From: Candidatus Velthaea sp.
GTDB lineage: Bacteria > Vulcanimicrobiota > Vulcanimicrobiia > Vulcanimicrobiales > Vulcanimicrobiaceae
DNA length: 41,714 nucleotides
NCBI GenBank assembly: GCA_050012475.1
Contig: JBEKHC010000058.1
Location: 1 to 41,714, forward strand
Direction of reading: 5' to 3'
The notes beneath the pieces were generated by a model. The model did no database searches and had not been told where the DNA came from. It worked only from the letters and a program-made list of their open reading frames with translations. Below are positions 1-7,867 of the stretch, one piece after another. Within the stretch, counting starts at the first letter, position 1, and each line of letters opens with the position of its first letter. A program made the translations under genes and the position numbers.

Positions 1-26
1 TCAACAACAGATAAGGACGAGCCGTC

Positions 27-225
27 ATGGTAACGCAAATGCACCGACTCACCGAGCTTGGCCAGAGTATCTAGCTCGATAACATCCGCCGCTCGATGTT
101 CGCTTCGGGCGAACTCAAAGCGATCATCGATCAGGGATTGCGCGGGATGACTTCCAACCCGACAATCTTCGAAAAAGCGATCGGGCACGGTAATGATTAC
201 GACGGGCAGCTGCGATCGATTGTCG
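27..225 (+). pseudogene. tal: Transaldolase N-terminal fragment with in-frame stop
   Basis: AAGGA RBS then ATG27 reads MVTQMHRLTELGQSI*LDNIRRSM...GMTSNPTIFEKAI; GQSIWLD and TSNPTIF are transaldolase motifs; TAG at 72-74 replaces the Trp codon; similarity ends near 225. Confidence 0.85.
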
Positions 226-504
226 TGCGATCGCACCGACCTCGGTGTACCGCACTTTCGCCAGTACCGGATACATCATGAGCAGCAGGCCGATCGCGAT
301 GGGAAATGAGGTTGAACCGATATGGCCGGCATCGAGCAGGCTGACGACATTGGGCGCCCAGCGTCCGAGCAGCAACCCAGCCGCCATGGCGAGCAGAATC
401 CAAACCGGCAGAAAGCGATCGAGTAACGACAGTCCGGCAATGACTTTTTGCTCGAGCGCCAGCCTCGCGTCAGCGCTGATCAGTGCGGTCGGACTAGCTT
501 CCAT
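225..504 (-). pseudogene. acr3: Acr3-family arsenite efflux permease, 5' fragment only
   Basis: LSLLDRFLPVWILLAMAAGLLLG...PIAIGLLLMMYPVLAKVRY is the Acr3 N-terminus; only about 93 codons are present before it runs into the antisense strand of tal; follows arsR-arsI. Confidence 0.85.
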
Positions 505-543
505 GGACGTGCCCGGCTGCGGCGCTCGCACGCTGCGTGAAGT

Positions 544-1065
544 TCACGCTCCGACCGCGGCCTGAGCAACAATCGTTTTCGATCCGCAACCGCAGCCGGC
601 CGCCCCGGCCGCCTTCGCGTCGGCATCCGTGACGCAGCAGGCGTCCGTTTCGGATGCGGCCGGTCCGCCGCAGCACGAGGTTTCTTCGCTAGCGCGTTCG
701 TCGCTCTCGGCGACAACGAAGTAGGTCTCCCAGCGACGTCCGTCTGGATCGGTTGCCCAGACCTTGCTTTGCACGGCGTAGCAACACGTTTCTCCGCGCT
801 CGACATCGATCGGATAGCCGGCAGCCCGCAGACGCACGATCGCCGCGTCGACGTCTTCAGGTTTCTCGACCACGACGCCGTAATGGGCGCCTTCGCGAAC
901 GTCGGTTTCGGCGCTCTGGTCTAGCGCGAGTTCAAGGCCCGGCTCGTCGGTCACAAAGAGCGCGTAGTCGGCGTAGTGCTTTGCCGGCTCGGCCAGCAGC
1001 AACGTGCGATAAAACGCAACGCTCGCGTCGAGATCGCGCGTGGCCAAGTTGAGATGCATTTTCAT
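544..1065 (-). CDS. arsI: ArsI/CadI-family VOC (glyoxalase-fold) metalloenzyme, putative C-As lyase
   Basis: HLNLATRDLDASVAFY, ETCCYAVQSKVWATDPDGRRWE with vicinal Cys pair; Cys-rich C-terminal tail; lies between arsR and acr3. Confidence 0.85.
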   Translation of the reverse strand: MKMHLNLATRDLDASVAFYRTLLLAEPAKHYADYALFVTDEPGLELALDQSAETDVREGAHYGVVVEKPEDVDAAIVRLRAAGYPIDVERGETCCYAVQSKVWATDPDGRRWETYFVVAESDERASEETSCCGGPAASETDACCVTDADAKAAGAAGCGCGSKTIVAQAAVGA

Positions 1066-1394
1066 GCGAGAACCTTCACGGGAAGAACGGATGCGAGCGC
1101 CGCCTCAAGGCGAACGCGTGCGTCGGGCGCGAGCGAGTAGTAACCCCAGGTGCCGCGGCGGACGGATGTCACCAGGCCGGCATCCTTGAGCAGTTTGAGG
1201 TGGTGCGAGACCGTCGACTGATTGAGGTCTAGTCCCGAGGTGAAGTCGCAGACGCAGACCTCGTGATCCGTGCGCGCGAGCGTCGCCAGGATTGCCACCC
1301 GCGCGGGGTCGCCCAGCGCTTTGAACAGCATCGCCTCTTCGGTCAGATCACCGTCGTAAACCGGGGCCTCAGGGCAGCACCTCTGTATCGATAT
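1062..1394 (-). CDS. arsR: ArsR/SmtB-family repressor (ATG start 1331; frame open to ATA at 1394, adding a CCP motif)
   Basis: FKALGDPARVAIL...VCVCD...LNQSTVSHHLKLLKDAGLV...RRGTWGYY winged HTH; ATGA overlap with arsI. Confidence 0.9.
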   Translation of the reverse strand: MSIQRCCPEAPVYDGDLTEEAMLFKALGDPARVAILATLARTDHEVCVCDFTSGLDLNQSTVSHHLKLLKDAGLVTSVRRGTWGYYSLAPDARVRLEAALASVLPVKVLA

Positions 1395-1430
1395 ATATCG
1401 ATGCTAGGCGATTGGATCGGTGAATGTCAA
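1387..1430 (-). promoter_or_regulatory. Sigma-70 promoter and ArsR operator of the ars operon
   Basis: Minus strand TTGACA (1430-1425), 18-nt spacer, TAGCAT (1406-1401), overlapped by the perfect 16-bp palindrome ATCGATATATATCGAT (1387-1402). Confidence 0.75.
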
Positions 1431-1499
1431 TACAACGACTAGCCCTCAGGCGGGCGAGTCGCGCGCGACCGGGGCGAGCCAGCGGTCGGGATTATAGGC

Positions 1500-2040
1500 C
1501 GATCGCGGCGACGGGATTGTCGAGCCAACGGGAGCCCTGGCGGATGTAGCGGCGGGCGACACCTGTACGCTCTTCCAGCGGCCGTGACGCATGATTGCCG
1601 CCTCGGTGCGCCCGGCGCGCGCCGCTGCAGTCGCGAAGCCGGCGCGCGCCCCGATCGCGTCGACGTCGCTCGCTGCCGCGCCGGCATCCCGAAAGAGCCG
1701 CTTCACCACTTCGGCCACCAGCCGCCCCTCGATCCGGGTCGCGCGGGGTTCGCCGTGCGGCGAAAACACGACGAACACCGGCCCCTTCTTCTTCTCGCGG
1801 ATAGCGAGCCAGGCTTCAAGCGCCGCCACCGCGCACGGCCCGTGCTCGAGCCGCGGCACCGCCACAAACTGTCCCGCCCCGCTCTGATCGGTCTTGCTCT
1901 TGCGGATCGTAGTAATGAGGAATCCGGGCCGGCCGAAGTCGAGGTCCTCGAGGTTGAGCGCGGCGATCCCCGCTCGTCGTCGTCCGGAAGCGAATATCAG
2001 CAGCAGAATCGCCCGACGCGGATGGCGAGCGGCGTCGTCC
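1500..2040 (-). pseudogene. Cre-like tyrosine recombinase remnant (copy A); ends approximate
   Basis: Reads RAILLLIFASGRRRAGIAALNLEDL...IRKSKTDQSGAG...VAALEAWL...IGA-RAGFATAAARAG...IMRHGRWKS; HSL of the HxxR box is missing; frameshifts near 2017 and 1560; no N-terminal domain. Confidence 0.85.
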
Positions 2041-2352
2041 GCGGCCCCTGAAGCGTGAGCGCCGCGGCGAGCCGTTTGGCCGTGATGGTCGCCCGGCCGT
2101 GGTCGCGGCCGGCGCCTCCGGCCCCTTTCGTGGCCGTTGTCGCGGCCTTCTCGCTTGGTGTGGCAGCCGCGCTTGACTACCTATCGCTCGCCACGATCTT
2201 CGAACTCGGTCGCCGGTCAAACGCAAGTCCGACTCGAATCGACTCGCGTTTTAAAGAGCAAGGCTTGGGTTCACTTGAACAGACGCGGTATGATTGGAGC
2301 GCTTTCCTAAAAATGGCCGGTCGGTTCGACATTTAAGACCAACCCTTACGAT

Positions 2353-4224
2353 TTGCATGAACTACTCAAGAACTGTGAGCGCGGAATTCTGCAATTGCCG
2401 GATTTTCAGAGAAGCTTCGTGTGGGACGAAGACCGCATCACGAGTCTCATCGCGTCGGTTTCCAGAGCTTTCCCGATCGGGGCGTTGATGACTCTTGAGA
2501 CGGGAGGCGAGATGGACTTCAAGCCCAGACCAATTGAGGGCGCTCCAAAATGGGCTATGGATCAGAAGCCGCATTCTCTTCTCTTGGACGGCCAACAGCG
2601 AATGACATCGCTTTATCAAGTCGCATTGAGTGGAAAGATTGTCGAGACCACCACTCTCAAGAAGAAGCTCGTTAAGCGTTGGTTCTATATCGACATCCAG
2701 AGAGCACTCGATCCGACCATTGATCGCGAAGAAGCGATCGTTTCGATTCCTGATAGCAAAATGATCGTTACCGATTTTGGTCGCGAAATCGTTCTCGATT
2801 TGCGTACGGAAGCGGATGAATTTGAGAGATTGATGTATCCCGTCTCGAAGGTGTTTCAGTGGGATGATTGGCAGAAACGCTTCATTGAATATTCAATGAA
2901 AAAAGGCGACTTTAAGGAGAAATGGGAGACCATCGCGGCCTTCAAGGAAAACGTGCTCGACAATTTCGGAAAATACCAGATTCCAGTGATAGCCCTTGGG
3001 TCTGGTACTTCAAAGGAAGCCGTTTGCGTCGTATTCGAAAAGGTTAATACTGGCGGTAAGGCGCTCGATGCTTTCGAACTCGTTACCGCCATGTATGCGG
3101 CGGCCGGCCATGAATTGAGGCGAGATTGGTATGGTAAGGACGGCGAAAAAGGACGCCAACATCGCCTCGCCACGACGATACATCCTGCGGGGCAGGACAG
3201 CGGGATCCTCGCCGAAGTTTCCAACACGGACTTCTTGCAAGCCGTCTCTCTTTTTCATACCCGCGAACGCCGGCAAGATGCCGCGAATAACGGGAAGCAG
3301 GGAAAAGAACTTCCCGCCGTAACTGGCAAACGATCAGCGCTCTTAAATCTGCCACTTGAAGCCTACAAAAAGTTTCAAAATAAAGTCGAAGAAGGCTTTG
3401 TTCGTGCAGCCAAGTTCCTGCATACATTGCATATTTATCGTATCTTCGATCTGCCATACCAATCTCAGGTGGTTCCATTAGCGGCGATTCTGGCCGATAT
3501 TGGAGACGCGTGGACACACGAGACCACTCGCGCCAAGCTAGTGCAATGGTATTGGAACGGCGTTTTTGGAGAGTTGTATGGCTCGGCTGTCGATTCTCGC
3601 ATTGCCCGCGATTTCATGGAGGTTCCCGAATGGTTGAATGGCGGAGAATCGCCGTCGACTGTTCGCGATGCGACATTCCGCGCGGATCGTCTAAAGACTA
3701 TGAGGATGCGGCTTTCTGCCGCATATAAGGGCGTAAATGCGCTTTTGATGAAGGAAGGCGCTGAGGACTTTAGGTCAGGGCAGAAGTTTGACCACACGGT
3801 TTTTTTCGGAGAGAACGTTGATATCCACCACATCTTTCCGAAGGCTTGGTGCGAGACACAAGGCATCAAACCGACGGTTTACGATTCGATCATCAACAAG
3901 ACCCCTTTGTCAGATAAGACGAACCGGATAATTGGAGGCGTAGCGCCATCCGTATATCTTTCAAAACTCGAAGCCGGCGATAAAGAGACTCCTCCGATTG
4001 CGCACGCGAGCCTCGATGCTCACTTGGCATCGCACCTAGTCAATCCGGCGCTTCTTCGTAGCGATACTTTTCTGGCATTCATGCTGGATCGACAACAGAT
4101 GTTGCTCGCACTAATCGAACGAGCAACTGGAAAGGCTGTTTATCAGAGTGAAGAATCTGCAGAGGGCCCGGAAGCCGAGAATGACGAGGAAACGGCCGAA
4201 GCTGAACTGACTATGAGTGCCTGA
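2353..4224 (+). CDS. DUF262 (ParB/Srx-like) plus C-terminal HNH-like protein, GmrSD-type restriction/defence family; probable original start ATG2313 is out of frame
   Basis: LQLPDFQRSFVW, LLLDGQQR, VFEKVNTGG (DUF262 motifs); DIHHIFP...INKTPLS..TNRII HNH-like motif; lower GC than the flanks. Confidence 0.85.
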   Translation: MHELLKNCERGILQLPDFQRSFVWDEDRITSLIASVSRAFPIGALMTLETGGEMDFKPRPIEGAPKWAMDQKPHSLLLDGQQRMTSLYQVALSGKIVETTTLKKKLVKRWFYIDIQRALDPTIDREEAIVSIPDSKMIVTDFGREIVLDLRTEADEFERLMYPVSKVFQWDDWQKRFIEYSMKKGDFKEKWETIAAFKENVLDNFGKYQIPVIALGSGTSKEAVCVVFEKVNTGGKALDAFELVTAMYAAAGHELRRDWYGKDGEKGRQHRLATTIHPAGQDSGILAEVSNTDFLQAVSLFHTRERRQDAANNGKQGKELPAVTGKRSALLNLPLEAYKKFQNKVEEGFVRAAKFLHTLHIYRIFDLPYQSQVVPLAAILADIGDAWTHETTRAKLVQWYWNGVFGELYGSAVDSRIARDFMEVPEWLNGGESPSTVRDATFRADRLKTMRMRLSAAYKGVNALLMKEGAEDFRSGQKFDHTVFFGENVDIHHIFPKAWCETQGIKPTVYDSIINKTPLSDKTNRIIGGVAPSVYLSKLEAGDKETPPIAHASLDAHLASHLVNPALLRSDTFLAFMLDRQQMLLALIERATGKAVYQSEESAEGPEAENDEETAEAELTMSA

Positions 4225-4642
4225 CGATCACGGTGCGCGTCGGGCTCAAGTATCTCCAGGGATCGGATGAAGGCTTTTGAAATTTTGCTGAGCCGCGCTC
4301 CTGATGTTCGCTAAGTCGGCGCGTTTCATCATGCAACACGGTCCCTTCTTCATCCACAATCGTGTGCCGATAAGGGTCTCGCTCTTTGTCGATAATTTGC
4401 GTACCCGGGAGACCATCGGATTTCCGAAAAACAGGGAGCTCAGTCTTGACGCGGAGGCGAAACCTTTTCTTCTTTCCCTCCGAGCCACCCGCATATTTCT
4501 CGAGCATTATGCCGTCCCGAATCGGCGCACGCGGGTCGACGAGATGTATCGAGATAGTTCGCCGCAACGAGCCACAGGCCGCACAAGGCTTTAGGCGGAC
4601 GGGTTCTTCAATATCTGCGGAACAATGGGAGCACGTTAACAT
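4211..4642 (-). CDS. Hypothetical protein with N-terminal Zn ribbon
   Basis: CSHC...CAACGS at the N-terminus; 143 aa; same lower-GC tract as, and convergent on, the DUF262 gene. Confidence 0.6.
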   Translation of the reverse strand: MLTCSHCSADIEEPVRLKPCAACGSLRRTISIHLVDPRAPIRDGIMLEKYAGGSEGKKKRFRLRVKTELPVFRKSDGLPGTQIIDKERDPYRHTIVDEEGTVLHDETRRLSEHQERGSAKFQKPSSDPWRYLSPTRTVIVRHS

Positions 4643-4699
4643 AATTATGTATCTTCGTTAGGTCTCGAACAGCTTGGGCAGGACGGGGTCGTGGAAGCT

Positions 4700-5330
4700 C
4701 GTGGAGCAGCTCGCGGCGCGTACAGCGTCGCAGCCGACTTCGGATCCCGATGCCCCGTCACGTCCATGATCTGGGCGGTGGTCGCGTCAGCCATGTCGGC
4801 CGATGTAACGAACCCCCGCCGCAGGCTGTGCGCCCCGATGGAATCGATCTCGCCCGGCGCCGTGCCGACGTCCCGAAAAAGCCGTTTGACGACTTCCGCC
4901 ACGAGCCGCGCCTCGATCCGCGTTTCGCGCAGCTCGGCGTGGGGCGAGAACGCGACGATAGCGGCCCCTTCCTCTGCTCGCGGATTGCCAGCCACGCCTC
5001 GATCGCCTCGACCGCGTACGGTCCGTGCTCCAGCCGCGGCACCGCTACTACTGCCCTGCCCCGTCCTGATCGGTCTTGCTCTTGCGGATCATCACGATGA
5101 GGAAACGCGGCCGGCCGAAGTCGAGATCCTCGACGTTCAGGCCGGCGATCTCCGCCCGCCGCCGCCCCGAGGGTCAGTTTCTCGCCGCCGTTTCCAGTCC
5201 TCAAGTCCGGCAGGTGCGGCGCGGACCGCGACGATCTCCGCCAGCGCCCGATGCGGTAACGTCAGCCCGAGTTTGCCGGGCCGATCGAGCCGGCGGAACA
5301 CGCACCCGTGGCCGATCGCCGTAGCCGCCA
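4700..5330 (-). pseudogene. Cre-like tyrosine recombinase remnant (copy B); ends approximate
   Basis: Across several frames: RRRAEIAGLNVEDLDF...IRKSKTDQDGAG / VAVPRLEHGP..EAWL / IGAHSLRRGFVTSA...IMDVTGHRDPKS; at least three frameshifts. Confidence 0.85.
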
Positions 5331-5526
5331 GTCAGTGGCGCAGCACGCCGACTGGACAACTCTCTTCTTCTCCCGCCAAGCGGCACCGCCATGGTCGCAC
5401 TGGCGCCCTCACGAAATTGACCGCGTAACGCGGCCGCCAGCGGCGGCTTTTTGCGGCTCAGAGAAGCCAAGTTAGCGGCGTGCGCCGGAGGCGACGGTCG
5501 AGACGACGCCTCAACCGGTAAAAAAG

Positions 5527-5635
5527 TGTCTCACGTGAATGACAAAACCGCTATATTGTCTCAAGTACAGTGACAAATACAGCCGTTATCGTCCCATGAG
5601 ATGTGAAATATTGAGCATTAACCTATCTCAATATT
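5527..5635. repeat. AT-rich iterated site: three yGTCyCA-N6/7-TGAmA units plus a 9-bp inverted repeat
   Basis: TGTCTCA-cgtgaa-TGACA (5527), TGTCTCA-agtacag-TGACA (5557), CGTCCCA-tgagatg-TGAAA (5590); AATATTGAG (5607)-N11-CTCAATATT (5635). Confidence 0.6.
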
Positions 5636-5705
5636 CGTGAAAACCGACAGCGCTGCTGGCGTACTTTCGCTTCAAGCGCTGGTTCTAAAACGCGTCGCAC
5701 GCGCG

Positions 5706-6728
5706 CTACAGATCGAGCAGATCGAGCGCCGTTCCCGCGATTTCGAGTTGATCGAGCGTACACGAACGGGACGGCTTGTCGTCGCGCCAGCGCAGCGGCC
5801 GCGTCCCGTGCCGGATACGCCCGCTCGTTACTTGATCGAAGCCGACCTCGAGCACCAGCTCGGGCCGCAGCGCAACATACGACCGATCGCGTTCGGCGCC
5901 CCGATCCCAACGCGAGGGCGCGCTGTCCGGCGCGCCGCCGGTAAAACCGGTTCCGCCTTCGTACGGCTCGAGACGTTCGAGCAGCGCGCGTCGTTCGGCG
6001 AGCGAAAACGCGCTGCAAAATCCAATGTAATCGAGTGCGCCGCCGGTGTCGTACAAGCCCAGCAGCAAGCTGCCGACGCGCGCGCGATCGCTGGCCGCGT
6101 AGCGGTAGCCGCCGATGACGCAATCCGCCGTGCGTTGCGCTTTGATCTTGACGCCGCCCTCGCGCGTCCCGCTCGCGTAGGCGAGGTCGAGCCGTTTGGC
6201 AACGACCCCGTCGAGCGCCCCGCCGACGCGCGCGAACCACCCATCAACGACGCGCCGGTCCGTCGCCGCCGGACTCAAGCGCAGTTCCGGGCCGGCAGCG
6301 AACGCCGCGGCGAACCGCTCGAGCGCGGCGCGCCGCTCGCGCAACGATAGATCCGCGATCGGTTCGCCGCGGCGCAGCAGATCGAAGATCAAATAGCGCG
6401 CCGGCGTCGTGCGCGCCAGCATCGCGACCCGGCTGGCAGCGGGATGGATGCGCTGCTGCAAGGCGTCGAACGACAGCGCTCCGGCCAGCGGCACCACCAA
6501 CTCCCCGTCCAGCACGACGTCTTCAGCCGACAATCGCTCGAGCGCATCCGCGATCTCGGGAAAATACCGCGCCAGCGGCTGGCCGTTCTTGGAAAACAGC
6601 TCGACCCCATCACCGGTTCGTTGCGCGATACAGCGGAAGCCATCCCACTTCGGCTCGTACAACCACTGCGGACCGTCGGGAATCGTCGCGACACTGCGCA
6701 ATTCCATCGGCGCAAAGGGCGGCGGCAC
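5706..6728 (-). CDS. ligC: ATP-dependent DNA ligase, LigC type
   Basis: YEPKWDGFR adenylation motif, LDGELVV, FDLL, DGVVAK, SLLLGLY, RIRHG..PLRWRDDK. Confidence 0.9.
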   Translation of the reverse strand: MPPPFAPMELRSVATIPDGPQWLYEPKWDGFRCIAQRTGDGVELFSKNGQPLARYFPEIADALERLSAEDVVLDGELVVPLAGALSFDALQQRIHPAASRVAMLARTTPARYLIFDLLRRGEPIADLSLRERRAALERFAAAFAAGPELRLSPAATDRRVVDGWFARVGGALDGVVAKRLDLAYASGTREGGVKIKAQRTADCVIGGYRYAASDRARVGSLLLGLYDTGGALDYIGFCSAFSLAERRALLERLEPYEGGTGFTGGAPDSAPSRWDRGAERDRSYVALRPELVLEVGFDQVTSGRIRHGTRPLRWRDDKPSRSCTLDQLEIAGTALDLLDL

Positions 6729-6729
6729 C

Positions 6730-7707
6730 TCAGGCGGGTGCTGCGGAACGAGGCCGGCGCGGCGGGACGCTCACGCCGGCCAGCAGCGGACGCAAGTCGA
6801 AGCGTCCGCGTTCGGCGCGCATCGGCGCCCACAGATCGCCCACGCGCGCGAAGCGTTCGCGCACGTTGTCGAGCCGAAAGTCGTCCAGTTCGATCCCCGC
6901 TTCGACTTCGCTCCACTGGACCGGCGTCGAAACGGTCGCGCGCGGCGTCGCGCGCACCGAATAGACCGAGGCCAGCGTTTTGCCCCAGGCATTCTGGTTG
7001 TAGTCGACGAGCACGCGGCCCAGCGGCCGCTTCGCGATGCGATATTCGGCGGTCACGATGTCGGGGTGCAAGCGTTCGAGCGTTTGAGCAAACGCCTTGG
7101 CGAACGTCCACACTTCCTTCTGCACGGGTCCGCGCACGATGCCGACGTACACGTGCATCCCCGACGAGCCCGTGGTTTTGACCACCGGCTGCATCCCCAG
7201 TTCGACGAGCGCGTCGCGCACGCACAGCGCGACTCGCCGCACGGTCGCGAACGTCGCACCTTCGACCGGATCCAAATCGAAGTGCAGATAGTCGGGCCGG
7301 TCGGTATCGTCACAGCGCGCATACCACTCATTGAGATCGATGCAGCCCAGATTCACCGTCCAGAGCAAGCCGGCGACGTCGTCGACGATTGGAAAATCGA
7401 TAACGCTGCCTGAACCGTGCTCGATCGCGCACGTGCGCAGCCAGGTCGGACGACCGGGCGGTGTGCGCTTCATATAAAAATAAGCACCGGTGACGCCGTT
7501 GGGATAGCGTTTGAGCACCATCGCGCGGGCCGCCAGATAGGGCACGACTAGCGGCGCGATATCGGCGTAATATTGCAGCAAGTCGCGCTTGGTGAAACCG
7601 CGCTCAGGGAAAAACACCTTGTCGAGATTCGTCAATTGCACGCTGCGGCCAGGCGCCGCTTCGATCGTCGCGTTTAGCCGGTCCGGGGGTATCGTCAGCG
7701 TGCTCAT
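6730..7707 (-). CDS. Stand-alone LigD-type primase-polymerase (Prim-PolC-like)
   Basis: LTNLDKVFFP, KRYPNG, PDYLHFDLDP, KTTGSSGMHVYV, VDYNQN, YSVRA...VSTP; immediately upstream of ligC. Confidence 0.9.
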   Translation of the reverse strand: MSTLTIPPDRLNATIEAAPGRSVQLTNLDKVFFPERGFTKRDLLQYYADIAPLVVPYLAARAMVLKRYPNGVTGAYFYMKRTPPGRPTWLRTCAIEHGSGSVIDFPIVDDVAGLLWTVNLGCIDLNEWYARCDDTDRPDYLHFDLDPVEGATFATVRRVALCVRDALVELGMQPVVKTTGSSGMHVYVGIVRGPVQKEVWTFAKAFAQTLERLHPDIVTAEYRIAKRPLGRVLVDYNQNAWGKTLASVYSVRATPRATVSTPVQWSEVEAGIELDDFRLDNVRERFARVGDLWAPMRAERGRFDLRPLLAGVSVPPRRPRSAAPA

Positions 7708-7867
7708 CGGTGAAACCGCCCCGTTCAAGGTTGTGCTTCTCCAGATATATCCGAGCTTGCCGGCCGCCTAACGGCTCCGCGATCGCGCAAACAAAAGCCG
7801 GCGACCGGGGCCGCGCGTGGAACGCGCACGACCCCGATCGCCGGCCAAGGGGCAAAACCCTCGCGCG

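Larger units (their letters stand above)
1..5640. mobile_element. Degraded genomic island (arsenic genes, two tyrosine-recombinase remnants, DUF262 defence-type gene); left end not visible
   Basis: Cluster of pseudogenes, two recombinase relics, visibly lower GC at about 2230-4680, and an AT-rich iterated site at 5527-5635 just before intact housekeeping genes begin. Confidence 0.6.

Noticed and set aside
72..74. Stop-codon recoding (TAG read as Trp or pyrrolysine)
   Set aside because: TAG ends many intact genes in this window and the tal fragment is truncated anyway
5565..5578. Tn7-like/CAST transposon end (GTACAGTGACAAAT resembles such ends from memory)
   Set aside because: Preceded by A rather than forming a terminal TGT, no closely spaced TnsB-type repeats, and no tns or cas genes in the window
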